From positions 139,810,001-139,874,000 of the forward strand of contig NC_042998.1 of the NCBI RefSeq assembly GCF_006345805.1: a DNA stretch of 64,000 nucleotides, read 5' to 3'. The notes below the pieces were generated by a model. That model did not search any database, was not told the DNA's origin, and saw only the letters and a program-made list of their open reading frames with translations. The stretch is from Octopus sinensis. Taxonomy: Eukaryota. A program made the translations under genes and the position numbers. Shown here one piece after another: positions 38,991 through 52,209 of the stretch. The first letter of the stretch is position 1, and each line of letters opens with the position of its first letter.

Positions 38991-40005
38991 TACTTAGACC
39001 AGGGCCAGGGCTACTACAACACAGTAGCTATAGTAAGGTATGATTCAATGATCTTGTAATTTATAATCCAGTAACTTTACCTCACAGCCACATTGCTTTC
39101 TACACAGGTATACAGTGATGGGTTTACGGAATAACAATTAATTACAGTTGCATAGCATCTCTCTTCCTGTGTCAAAGCTACAGGCATGGTGTTTGTGATC
39201 ATGGAACTCTATATCAATGCCTGTAGCTGCATGATTTTTTGTGGGGAAGATAAAGCAGTAGCTTTTTATTGTGAGAAGCTGGTTTATTTAAAGTTTCCTC
39301 TCCTGTCTTCTGAAGCATTGGACATATCGACACTCCAGTAGACCTGTGTGACATATGTCTAGAGGCCAGCTTGTCTCTGAGTCCTGTATGTCTTAGCCAC
39401 AGGACTGACTCCTGCTATTTGACTCATAACTGTCATCCCAGGCTAGAGTGGATAGTGACTAAGGAGTAACTCCATATTCACTAAAACTCTTGGGCTCCTG
39501 AGCTGGAACCTCACTACAGGATTAAATTGCATCCTGAATTTCTTGCTCTAGATTTAATTAATCACTTCAGTTACCAGTCACTGTTTGTATGAATGGGATA
39601 AGCATGTCACACCTCTGGTGGGAACCCAGTAAGTTTTGAAAATCAAATAAGGCTGTTCATCATTTTTTTAATCTACAGAGAAATAGCTATATATAAACCC
39701 CTGTTTATATATCTGCTACACAGGTTATATTATATTATATCATTTGATACTGTGTTGACTGAGATCCCCATTGACAGGCCCCTGATACTAAAGTGTTGAA
39801 ACTTATGGCATGCAAATTAGTAGAAACAGTTCTCTGTCGCTACTGGAGTTGCTGAGTATATAAAACAAATTGGCTGCTTGCTTCTCTGGATTTGGTCAAA
39901 TTGATGTAGAACTCAGAAGGCTGGGCCTCTAACCAGGCCTTTCATGATACCCTTAAAGCCAGGAACTTTTCAGCAGTCCTTCATACTTAGTTGATGGAAA
40001 CCTAT

Positions 40006-40470
40006 TCATCATCATCATCATCATCATCATCGTTTAGCGTCTGCTTTCCATGCTAGCATGGGTTGGACGGTTCAACTGGGGTGTGGGAAGCCAGAAGGCT
40101 GCACCAGGCCCAGTCTGATCTTGCAATGTTTCTACGGCTGGATGCCCTTCCTAACGCCAACCACTCTATGAGTGTAGTGGGTGCTTTTTACATGCCACCG
40201 GCACAGGTGCCAGACAAGTCTGGCAAACGGCCACGATCAGATGGTGCTTTTTATGTGCCACTGGCACAAGGGCCAGGCGAGGCTGGCAACGGCCACGAAC
40301 GGATGGTGCTTTTTACGTGCCACCAGCATGAGGCCAGTCGGGGCGGCGCTACAGGTGCCAGACGAGTCTGGCAAACGGCCACGATCGGATGGTGCTTTTT
40401 ATGTGCAACCAGCACAAGGGCCAGGCGAGGCTGGCAACGGCCACGAACGGATGGTGCTTTTTACGTGCCA
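40006..40470 (-). mobile_element. RTE-related 3' fragment (family C) with about 5 internal ~60-bp repeats
   Basis: (CAT)n tail, core, and repeated ggtgctttt(t)a-tgcca...ctggcaacggccacg..cggat. Confidence 0.85.
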
Positions 40471-41229
40471 GGTTTGAAAATCCATTAAGGCTTTTCATCA
40501 TTTTCTCAATCTTCAGAGAAACAGCTAAATCAGCCCTGTTTATATATATATCTACTGCATTGGTTCCATATATAATAGTGGTGGTGTTAGGTATGTGCAC
40601 ACGTTGGCTATCACCAAGTAATTCTACCAAAACCAATTGGATGAGTGAGATGTAGATCTGGTGATATCATAAAATACATATTGAGACTCCAATAAATTAA
40701 TGTGTTGTTTGCTCACCTTCTCACACACCCTTTCCAATTCTCTGTTCAACTTATATTCATCTTCCTGTATCTTCTCTAACACCTCATCACCACCATCATC
40801 TCTTTTTATTTAAGTGTGGTAGCTATGTGTCTTCTTACTTCAAGATATCTTGTTTCTGTCTCTCTATCATATTTTAACCTCTCAATACTTAGCATAAAGC
40901 CCCCTTCCTCAATACAACACCCCAACTCAGCTGAGTGAGGGTATAGTATTGAAAATTACCTAGTAACCTCACTAGTGCCAGCAACTCAACAGAAGCACTC
41001 AATCCACTCTGGAAAATAGTTGGCGTCAGGAAGAGTATCCAGCTGTAGAAACCATTCCAAAGTAGTTGTCTGGCTCACCAGATCCTGTGAAACCATCCAA
41101 TCCATGTCAGCATGAGAAACAGATGTTAAATACTGACAATGGTGATAATGTGTGAGGTGTTGGGTTAACTTAGTTTAATATTTATCCTCACTTAAACATG
41201 GATGTTCTATTAGAACAAACTATACTGCA

Positions 41230-41575
41230 GTATGTAAGTAAGTAAGCGAAATCCCTTGCTGGCAACTGGAGGGGAAGACTGTCCTCTCACCAATATTCTG
41301 CCGTGGGTGCTGCTGGATGATAGACTCTGGTGATGATGTTATTCCACACTTTCTGATCCATGGTACTGACCTTAGCATGCTTGAGATCAAGGCATTGTGA
41401 CTTTGGGTCTTCCTCAATTACTTTTGCCCATGTTTTCTTTGGTGTGCTATGCTGGAGTCTCCAATGCTTGAATTGCTGCCACCACAAAAGTTGGTGTGGT
41501 AGTCTTCCAGTGGTCATCTTGCAGACATGGCCAAACCACTGTAGATATCATGAGAGAACATCCACATTTAAGTGA
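41230..41575 (-). mobile_element. RTE LINE C-terminal fragment
   Basis: WFGHVCKMTTGRLPHQLLW...PKKTWAKVIEED. Confidence 0.75.
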
Positions 41576-42338
41576 GCATAAATATTACTTCTCCGTATTA
41601 ACACTGCCTCTGTTGCTAATATATATTTTAAAACTTAGTTTAAATGCTTAAAAGCATCACTAAATACTAGGATTTTTAATTTATTTTTGCTGCATTTCTG
41701 CAACGACATGATAATTCCCCTATTGGCCTTCGTTAACTGTAGTTTGGCCTCACAAGGTAAAAATGCAATTTGTTTAACACCAGAACACAAAGAAGACATT
41801 GCAAATGAGAAGTGACAACTGTCCCAGCTAGTTTATTGTTTGCAGAGAAGCAGACAGACTATATAATTGATGTAGTTAAGATGAATGATATTAGAGTTAT
41901 AATACTGAGGTTATTGTCAGGCAACAAGATATCATTGTAATCTTGATATTTGCCATGCAAACAAGTTTAACAAACAAAGAAGAGAAGAGTTAGGGTTTAC
42001 AAGCTTTCACCACCCCTTCCCACTGACTAACAGATTGATTGCTTTACTGTGACCAGAGTTAAAGCAGTGAAAGTACTTCATCACCATCATCCTCATAATA
42101 ATAATAATCCTTTCTACTGTAACCACAAGGCCTGAGATTTTGGGGAAGGGGTAAGTTGATTACATCAAACCCAGTGCTTGACTGATACTTATTTCATTGA
42201 CCCTGAAAGGATATAAGGCAAAGTAGACTTCAGCAGAATTTGAACTCAGAACGTAAAGATTGACAAAATGCCATTTAGCATTTTGTCTGGCATGTTAACA
42301 ATTCTACCAACTCAATGCCTTGCATAATAATAATGATG

Positions 42339-42407
<69 letters not shown>

Positions 42408-42953
42408 GATGCCCTGATGCAGTACCAGGCAGTGGCTTTCATGCCTTCTCATCTTAACTGATTGGAAGTGTTATCATGTACATGTTTTGTCTTGGTGTAG
42501 AAGACGGGCTACAGCAAATATTCTGCTCAATACCACAGATTTGTTTGTCACTTGTTTGACCATAACCAGTTGAGCATGTCCCTTAGTGGCTGACAAAATA
42601 TGCATCTCTGATCATTAGCAGAAGTAGTGAGGGAGCATCATAGCTATGTGTTGAAAGGAATTCTTTGAGGTTTGGATAATTCACTTTAAGAAACATGGGT
42701 GTTTCATTCAACATCCTCAAGCAATCCTTATTCAGAGACCTTTTGAGCAGGATGGGCTACTCAACCTGAAGAAAATTCTAACTGGGCCCCAGCTGCAGGG
42801 TCATGTACTGTTTAGCTTGATATGATATGTGCACATATGGTTGTGATGCATGTGCCTATGTACCCTTATCAGACGGGTACTCATGATGGGTATACTGGGC
42901 TTCGTATATTTTACCCCAGTGTCACTTTGATGACATACACTGCTCTCTCATTC
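42408..42953. mobile_element. Non-coding insertion embedded in (TAA)n
   Basis: About 545 bp of complex sequence with a long (TAA)n on the left and (AAT)n on the right. Confidence 0.5.
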
Positions 42954-42984
42954 AATAATAATAATAGTAATCACCAATAGTAAT

Positions 42985-44486
42985 AATGGTTTCAAATTTT
43001 GGCACAAAGCCAGCAATTTTGAGTGAAAGGGACAAGTCAATTACATCTATCCCAGTTCTTGACTGTTTATTTTATCAGCCCAAAAAAGAATGAAAAGCAA
43101 AGTTAACCTCAGTGAAATTTGAACTCAGAATGAAAATTTCCAGGAGAAATGCTGCTCAGCACTTTGTCCTCATGCTCTTGTGATTTTGTTAGCTTACCAC
43201 CTTAATAATGATAATAATAATAATAACAATTCTTTCTAAATTTTGGCACAAAGCCAATTTGTAGAGAGTGGTAACTTTACATCACTCCTACCTCAATGCT
43301 CAACAGGTACTCATTTCATTGACCATGAAAGGATGAAAGGCAAAGTCGACCTCAGCAGCATTTGAACTCAGAATGTAAATCCAAAAGAAATGCGACTAAG
43401 CATTTTGTTGGGCATTCTTTTATTCTTTTATTCTTTCAGGCATTTGACTGCGGCCATACTGGAGCACTGGCTTTAGTTGAACAAATCAACCCTAGGACTT
43501 ATTCTTTGTAAGCCTAGTACTTATTCTATTGGTCTCTTTTGCTGAACCGCTAAGTTATGGGGACGTAAACACACCAACATCGGTTGTCAAGCGATATTAT
43601 GGGGAGAAACACACTCACACACACACACACACACCACACACACACACACACATATATGATGGGCTTCTTTCAGTTTCCGTCTACCAAATCCATTCACAAA
43701 GCTTTGGTTAGCTTGAGGCTATAGTAGAAGACACTTGCCCAAGGTGCCATGCAGTGGGACTAAACCCAGAACTATGTGGTTAGTAAGCAAGCTACTTACC
43801 AGACAGCCACTCCTGCACCATGCTAACAATTCTGCTAGTTCACCACATTCTTCTTCTTTTTCTTGTTGTTGCTGTTGTTGCAGTGGTGGAGGTGGAGGTG
43901 ACAGCAGAAGCAGCAGGGAAAGGGGGAAAAGGCAACAATTTCAGGGGAGTGGGGTAAGTCAATTACATCAACCCCAGAACACAACTGGTACTTATTTTAT
44001 CGACCCCAAAAGGATGAACAGTACAAGGTTGACCCCAGTAGCATTTGAACCCAGTATGTAAAGCCAGAAGAAATACCATTAAGCATTTCTGTCTGGTGCA
44101 GTAACAATTCAGCTAGCTCATCACCTTAAATGTAAAAAGTCCAAAAATAATGTTGCTAAGCGTTTCGTCCGACATACTAATGTTTCTTCCAGTTCGCTAT
44201 CTTCAATAATAATTACTTCTTCTCTTGGCACAAGACCATGAAAATTTGTGGGGAAGGGAGCTAGTCGATTATATCGACCCCAGTGCAGAACTGGTACTCA
44301 TTTCATTGACCCCGAAAGGATGAAAGGCAAAATCAACCTCGGCTGAATTTGAACTCAAAACGTAGTGGCAGACGAAATACTGCCAAGAAAAATTGATTGT
44401 AACAATCCTTTCTACTATAGGCACAAAGCATGAAATTTGGTGGGAGTGAGGTAGTCGATTAGATTAACCCCAGTATACAACTGGTA
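42985..44486 (-). mobile_element. Cluster of 5-6 SINE family B copies with a nested family A copy (about 43412-43815)
   Basis: Repeated gaaaggatgaaaggcaaagt...tttgaactcag cores, all in the same orientation. Confidence 0.8.
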
Positions 44487-44912
44487 CATTTTTTCTCTCT
44501 CCATTTTTGTCTTCTTAATCCTTTCTGTCAAAGAGTGTAGGCTCAAAACGTAAAAGACATTTCCATTTTTCCTGAGTGTTAAACTAATACAACTGCTTGG
44601 TGTTCTTACACCTGTCTTTGTCTTTTGTTTTATATATATATATATCTCATCATCATCATCGTCATCATCATTCAACATCCATTTTTCCATGGTGGCATGG
44701 ATTGGACGGTTTGACAGAAGCTGACTAGCTTGGTCTTTCTTTCCAAGCACGGTAAACCACCTCGAGTTTCAATTCCCTGTCATCCCTTCTGTGAGTCCCA
44801 ACATTTGTAGATCGTTCCACATCTTCCTGAGTCTATCCTTTCCACATGCACCTCTACATATATGTGTGTACGTGTGTGTTTATCACTGCATTTATGTATA
44901 AGTGGGGATATA

Positions 44913-46164
44913 TCATCATCATCATCATCATCATTTAGCGTCCGTTTTCCATGCTAGCATGGGTTGGACGGTTCAACTGGGGTCTGGGGAGCCCGAAGGC
45001 TGCACCAGGCCAGTCAGATCTGGCAGTGTTTCTACAGCTGGATGCCCTTCCTAACGCCAACCACTCCGAGAGTGTAGTGGGTGATTTTATGTGCCACCGA
45101 CACAGGTGCCAGACGAGGCTGGCGAACAGCCATGCTCGGATGGTGTTTTTATGTGCCACCAACACAGGTGCCAGACGAGGCTGGCAGACGGCCACGCTCG
45201 GATGGTGTTTTTATGTGCCACCGACACAGGTGCCAGATGAGGCTGGCGGACGGCCACGATCGGATGGTGTTTGTTACGTCTCCAAAGCACGGAGGCCAGT
45301 CTATGCGGTACTGGCTACGGCCACGTTCGGATGATTTTCTTGTGTGCCACCGGCACTGGTACCACAAAGATACAAATTCCATTGATGTTCATCTATTTTG
45401 ATTTGTTTTGATTTTTTTTTTTTTTTTTTTGATTTTCACTTGCCTCAACAGGTCTTCACAAGTGTCACAAGAAGGAAGGTATGCACAGGTGGACTGACTA
45501 CGTCCCAGGTAGGGGCCACGGGTTATGGCCTGACTAGTCTTGCCGGGTCTGCGGATGGTGTTTTTATGTGCCACCGACACAGGTGCCAGATGAGGCTGGC
45601 GAACGGCCACGATCGGATGGTGTTTGTTACGTGCCCACAGCACGGAGGCCAGTCGATGCGGTACTGGCTACGGCCACGTTCGGATGGTTTTCTTGTGTGC
45701 CACCGGCACTGGTACCACAAAGATACAAATTCCATTGATGTTCATCTATTTTGATTTGTTTTGATTTGATTTGATTTGATTTGATTTTCACTTGCCTCAA
45801 CAGGTCTTCACAAGTGTCACAAGAAGGAAGGAAGGTATGCACAGGTGGACTGACTCCGTCCCAGGTAGGGGCCCCGGTTATGGCCTGACTAGTCTTGCCG
45901 GGTCTTCGGTTGGTGTTTTTATGTGCCACCGACACAGGTGCCAGATGAGGCTGGCGAACGGCCACAATCGGATGGTGTTTGTGCCAGATGAGGCTGGCGA
46001 ACGGCCACGATCGGATGGTGTTTGTTATGTGCCCACATCACAGAGGCCAGTCGATGCGGTACTGGCTACGGCCACGTTCAGATGGTTTTCTTGTGTGCCA
46101 CCGGTACTGGTACCACAAAGATACAAATTCCATTGATGTTCATCTATTTTGATTTGGTTTGATT

Positions 46165-46170
<6 letters not shown>
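44913..46170 (-). repeat. Family C element with ~60-bp internal repeats and a higher-order ~360-400-bp tandem triplication
   Basis: Three near-identical blocks ending ggtaccacaaagatacaaattccattgatgttcatctattttgattt near 45358, 45712 and 46109. Confidence 0.9.
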
Positions 46171-46195
<25 letters not shown>

Positions 46196-46198
<3 letters not shown>

Positions 46199-47220
46199 GA
46201 CGGGCTTCTTTCAGTTTCCCTCTACCAAATTCACTCTCAAGGCTTTGGTTGGCCTGAGGCTATCGTAGAAGACACTTGCCCAAGTTTCCAAGCAGTGGGA
46301 TTGAATCCAGAACCATGTGGTTGAGAAACAAGCTTCTTTATTTCTTCATTGCCCACAGGGAGCTAAATATAGAGGGGACAAACTAGGACAGACAAAGGGA
46401 TTAAGTCGATTACATCAGCCCAGTGCGCAACTGGTACTTATTTAATTGACCCCCGAAAGGATGAAAGACAAAGTCGACCTCGGCAGAATTTGAACTGGGA
46501 ACATAAAGACAGACGAAATACCGCTAAGCATTTTGCCCGGTGTACTAACGTTTCTGCCAGCTCTCTGCCTTCTTACCACATAGCCACACCTAGGATTGTA
46601 TGAGTGTGTGTGTGCATTTGTATCCCCTTATCTTGATGTTGTGTGGTGGTCACACAGCCAAGTATCCCTCTCATATACAAACAATATCATTCCTTTCCAA
46701 TCTTCTGTGAAAACATATCCAGACACAGGGGAAACTTTACCTTGTTTGGAAACGGGTCAGGGCTGGCAATAGAAAGGGCATCCAGCTGTAGTAAATCAGC
46801 CTTAATGAACTCTGTCCAACACATACATTATTTCTTACTCTATGCACAAGGCTCAAAATTTTGGGGGAGGGGGCTAGTTGATTAGATTGACCCCAGTATG
46901 CAACTATACTTAATTTATCGACCCTGAAAGGATGAAAGGCAAAGTCGACCTAGGCAGAATTTGAACTCAGAACGTAAAGACAGACGAAATACTTATTTCT
47001 TTACTACCCACTAGAGGCTAAACACAGAGGGGACAAACAAGGACAGACAAACCAATTAAGTCGATTACATCGACCCCAGTGCGTAACTTGTACTTATTTA
47101 ATCGACCCCGAAAGGATGAAAGGCAAAGTTGACCTAGGCAGAATTTGAACTCAGAACATAAAGACAGACGAAATACTGCTAAGCATTTCGCCCGGTGTGC
47201 TAACATTTCTGCCAGCTCGA
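46196..47220 (-). mobile_element. Nested SINE cluster (family A interrupted by family B, plus two further B copies)
   Basis: B copy at about 46337-46571 flanked by cttctt inside the A head; further copies at about 46830-46990 and 46993-47220. Confidence 0.8.
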
Positions 47221-48254
47221 TACCTTCTATCCAACACATACAAACATAGAAAAGTAGGCATCAAAACAACAATGATTATGATGACAATGACAGTCATGAT
47301 GATGATGATGGAGAAGTAGAACTAAAGATCATTTATAATGTAAGGACAGCTGAACATTCCAAAGTGACAACAAACCAAAAAAACCACTGGCCTGGAAGAG
47401 AGGTTCTACCTGACAAACAAGTAACATAATGATGAAATAGTGCAATATATTAGATGAGACAGCATCGACAATTAATAGGGTTGAAAGGAATTGAAGAGAG
47501 GATGTCATTGAGAAAAGAAAGTTTGACAATGAAAATGAGACACAAAGTATTTTGACTTGTGAGACCATGTGTCAGAACAAATTAGGATCATCACAGAAAA
47601 TGATTTGGGTGCACTTGTACCCAGCACTAATGAAAAGAAAGAGACATGAATGTATCATTTAACACATTTGTTATCGTACTTATGTTGAAATATAAAACCT
47701 TTTTTAAAAATTAATTTTGAAAGTAATGAAGAATTTAGTAAAATAATTTTGTTATTTTTAAGCAGGTTAATTAACAACTTTGATTTTACTGTTGATGTTA
47801 TTTAGCTCTGAGTCAGTCATGATTGAGCTGATTGTCTGAAGGTATTCCAACCATAGCCATCCCATCTTTTTTTTTTTTTTGTCTGGAGTGGGGAGCATAG
47901 TGTAACCTCCATATCACATTATCCAATGTGTCCCCTTTCCATTGGCTTGAAATGCTACTCCAATCAATACATCCTTTTGTCTGACACTGGAGGCTAACTG
48001 TGGTCAGCTAGGTCCCAAAGGATCCATTTCCTGCTTCAGAAAGACAGATTTTAATTATAAAATGCAAAAATCTGAAACTGATTTTGCAAAGCATCCTATC
48101 TGATGCTCTACGAATTCTGTCAATCCACTGCCCTTGACTGGTACTTAATTAAAGGATAATAAGCAAAGTTCACCCCAACAGAATTTGAACACAAAGCACA
48201 ATGATCCAAAAGAGATTCTTTCTGATGCTTCAGGAACATGGCCTTTTGATCTGG

Positions 48255-48256
<2 letters not shown>

Positions 48257-48335
<79 letters not shown>
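48257..48335. repeat. Pure (CAT)n tract, tail of a family C copy
   Basis: Direct inspection. Confidence 0.95.
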
Positions 48336-48336
<1 letters not shown>

Positions 48337-48634
48337 TATGCTGGCATGAGTTGGACAGTTTGGCAGGAGCCCACAAGATAGAGGACTGCACTGAGCTCCA
48401 TTGTCAGTGTTGTTATGTTTTCTATGGTTGGATGTCCTTCCTAGCTCCAATCACTTTACCAAGTGTACTGGATCCTTGTTACTGTGGTACTGACACTAGT
48501 AATGTCATCAAGTAACTCACAAAACTATAACCCTCACTCAACTGAGTGAGGGATATAGTACTAAGAAAGGTGGCTTTATGCCAAGTAACGAAAGGTTAAA
48601 GTATGTTAATGGAACAGGATGTTTTCCAGTGAAG

Positions 48635-49037
48635 CAGTGGTTTTCAACCATTTCTTATCTATGGACTCCTTTGATTACTATTTTATTCTGGTGGTTCCCC
48701 ATAGCTATTCAATGCTTAAAACTTATTTTATAGATACTTCTTTCAAAATTTCTATTTTATTTATCACACATTAACTTTGTCCAACCCATGCTAGCATGGA
48801 AAGCAGACGTTAAATGATAATGATGATGATGATAACTTGTGTAGGTTGAACTATATAAAATATTAGAGAAACAAAACTTAGCTGTTTTTTGCAATGCATA
48901 CATTTAAATCAAAACTTTTCATGGGCTCTTAATATACTATTGTGGATCTCCAATTTACTGTTTTGCTAGCATGGACTCCTTCCCAAAATCTTATATGTAC
49001 CCCCAGGGGTCATATCGACCTCAGTTGAAAACCACTG
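48635..49037. mobile_element. hAT MITE nested in a family C copy
   Basis: TIR cagtggttttcaac / gttgaaaaccactg; contains a short family C tail at about 48779-48835. Confidence 0.8.
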
Positions 49038-49379
49038 CTGAAGAGAGATACATAGTTATCTCAGCTGAAAAAGAGTTAGTGATGATGAGAGTATACCCTC
49101 AAGGTACAAGGTGAATATAAGTGAAGTGGAACAGAGGATCAGACAAGGTGAGTGGGATGATAAGTTTGCAGGAGCGTGAAAAGGGAGTGGCAGATAGATA
49201 AAGATAGGGATAGAGGTAAATGCAGTGTACAATGAACATGAGTGGAGGCCTGGTTAATGTAGTTTTGAATTTGTATTCAGACATATAACCCCAAATAGTT
49301 ATTTACAGGGATAGATAACATCTGTATGACAAAGGGCAGCTAAAACAACACATGTTTTTGTTGCTAGGACAGAGACCCT

Positions 49380-49862
49380 GGCACAGAGTAAGCAACATGT
49401 TGATGTCATTTTAGAAAAGGTGAAAAAAAAGTCAAGGAAGACATGGGATGAAGTGGTGCGGAAGGATTTTCTGACATTGGGTCTCACAAAGGGGATGGCA
49501 AGAGACTGAGACTTCTGGCAGTTTGCTGTGCTTGAGAAGACATGTCAAGCTAAGTCAAATTGTGGTTGCCCTTGCATACAGGCATGTTCTCTACAGCCCT
49601 CTTCAGCTGAGCAATCCTTGTGGGTGCTGATGCCACATAAAAAGCACCTGTACTGGTGTCACATAAAAACACCCATACTAGTGCTGCCTAAAAGCACTCA
49701 GTACACTTTGTAAAGTGGTGTTAGGAAAGGTATCCAGCCATAGAAACCATGCCAAAACAGACGTGGAGCCTGGGCAGCTCTTTAGCTCGTCTGTTCCTGT
49801 CAAACTGTCCAACTCATGCAAACATGGAAAACAGACATTAAGTGATGATAATGATGATGATA
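49380..49862 (+). mobile_element. RTE LINE ORF end joined to the family C 3' region
   Basis: SRKTWDEVVRKDFLTLGLTKGMARD*DFWQFAVLEKT followed by aaaagcac repeats, the core and a (GAT)n tail. Confidence 0.75.
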
Positions 49863-49909
49863 ACAGAGAGAGAAGCATCTACCAAAGAGGAAACATGTCT
49901 TTTACATAA

Positions 49910-50520
49910 GCTAACCAAGAAAAGGCTTTTAACAGGCTCTTACAACAGTCAAATAGCAAAGAGAAAATGCTAGGTATCTGCCTTGCAGGAGGGCTATCTA
50001 GGTCCTATACAATTTAGTGGCCAATTTGATAAAGAATTTGTGATACAGCTGAGTATCTGTTAAGATGTTTTGCTCAATCATATTCCATTTATTTTGTTCT
50101 TACAGGCAATCGCACATGAGACTGGAACTGAATGTTATGTGAACTGGGCATTTATTTTTTATGTTGATGATCTGGTTCTCACAAGAGAAACTATCAAAAA
50201 TAACTACAGAAAGAAAGCAAAACTTCAATAGGGGATTTGAGTCAAAAAGGCCCAAGGTTAACATAGCATCAATTTTGATGCCCGTTGGTTGCAGGCATCA
50301 CAAAATCCCAACAGTAAATTGGAAGAAAATAGCCAGCATCGTATGTGAAAAGAGAGTAAACTGATTATCAAAGGTAGGCATTGAATACAAAAATGAGTAA
50401 AATTCTGTAATGAGTCTGTAGGGCTTGGTGAATCAAAGCTTTTGATGCACCAGAATGCTCTGAAGTTGTTTGCAACACAAGCAGCTTTAAAGCAAAGACT
50501 ACTAAACATTCAAATGGAGA
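49910..50520 (+). mobile_element. Degenerate RTE LINE reverse-transcriptase fragment
   Basis: FFYVDDLVL (YADD-type motif) near 50155-50180 and FESKRPKVNIA downstream. Confidence 0.6.
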
Positions 50521-51544
50521 GATAAATCAGATGAAAATGAGATAAATTCTGTTACAGAGATATACTTGAATGACCCTAACAAATGAGATGATGCATGCTG
50601 TATGGGAAAATGCATTAGATTCTTCCGACTCATGCATGAGCGGAAAAACGAATATTAAAAAGGCATTGAGGAAGAGATGTGTGTAGGGGGTTTTAAATGG
50701 TGGCAATAATGCAGGTGGTGATGATTAAAGAAAAGATTTAAAGTTTAGGAATTTGTGTGCGCATTTGTTGAGAAGACCTGGTCACCTCAACTCGAACAGG
50801 TTGAGGATAGAAGAATAGCAGATTAAAGGCTTTGGTACAGGTGTAGTTATGTGGTTAAGAATTTTGCCTCCCAACCACATGGTTTCAGGATCAGTCTCAC
50901 TGCATGGGACCTTGGGTAAGTGTCTTTTACTATAGCCCTGGGTCAACCAAAGCCTTGCAAGAGGATTGGAAGTGGATTTGGAAGCCTGTCATGTATGCAT
51001 GCATGCATCCATGTTCATCTGAGAGGCCTAACCATCAGGCCAAAAGTACAAATTTAGTCTGCAGCCAGTGGCAAACTCTGTAAGTCTCTCACTGGCTTCA
51101 TGAGTCAGTGTCAATATCATGTTTGTAGAGCAATCAGTTATGTCAACCTGTCAGCAATGGTCATGCTTGTCCAGTGAGTGGACAACCATCATGTATGTGT
51201 GTGTGTGTGTATGTATGTTCTTCTCTTTTTAATCTTAGAGTAAATTTTGACCAGCCAGCTACTTGGTTGCAAAGTTGTGAAAGAAAGTATCTTCTTACCA
51301 TCATCTTTTAAATCTTAAAGTCTTGCTGCTTTAATAGTCCAAGATATTGTGACCATTTGTAGTGTATGAATTAAGGATTTCCATTCTCTCCCTAAGATCC
51401 CAAGTTCAGCCATACTTTGCTCTGGGTGGGTTAGTATGTATCCTGTTGTTCCAGTAATATTAAGTATGAAGCTAAAAGTGTATCTTGAATAGTGAATTTG
51501 CAAACTCCTTATCAATGATCTATATAGATTTCCTCTTTCGACTG

Positions 51545-52209
51545 GACATCTCAGGATCATAGTGATGGACCCATGTTTCATTCTGTGTGATAAGTCTGCC
51601 AAAAATGTCCTCCTCGTTTTCTTGGCACATTGCCAAATGTGCCTAGGAGCAATTGAATCATTCCTGCTTCTGAAAAGGTGTGAGCATCCAGGGAATCCAT
51701 CTTTCAGACAACTTCAGCATGAGCAAATGGTTGTGAATGATTTTTTTTCCATGGAACCTACACTTATCTTGACTTCTTGGGCTAGTTGTGATGATTCTCC
51801 AAAATGGCAGCTTCAACTTTATGGATGGTGTCATCATCAATGGCAGAATGTGCTTGTCCAGGAATAGGAGCAGTTACACCAATGTCTGACCACATTTGAA
51901 CTGGCGAAGCCAGTGCTTGACTATATTGTATGATGGTGCATTGTGATCATAAACTTCTTTCATCTCATCAAAATTCTCTTTTGGTGTATGACCTTTCAAG
52001 TATTAGAACTTGATCACTGATCTGCATTCAGCTGCCTCTATTATAACACCTTAGTCCACTTCAGCAGCTGTAAAAGACAAATGAATACTAGTGGAAAGCT
52101 GAAATTTACAATGTGACATGTAGAGATATGTATGATTATACCTGTATAAGTTCTGTTTCCTGCAATAACCAGAAGTGGGTCAAGAGAAATCTTTAATGAA
52201 CACCACTTG
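51545..52209 (-). mobile_element. 5' half of a second mariner element
   Basis: TA plus TIR-like caagtggtgttcattaaagatttc; WIPWMLTPFQKQE (WVPxxL motif) and ITQNETWVHHYDPE. Confidence 0.8.

Noticed and set aside
45081-46136. Regularly spaced ~60-bp repeats resembling a CRISPR array, with overlapping ORFs
   Set aside because: The intervening sequences are themselves repeated rather than unique spacers, there are no cas genes, the DNA is eukaryotic, and the units lie inside a retroposon 3' region.
47329-47568. Minus-strand ORF with a possible acceptor (ttgtttgtcag) near 47410
   Set aside because: Frames close within about 25 codons, no donor found, nothing recognisable.
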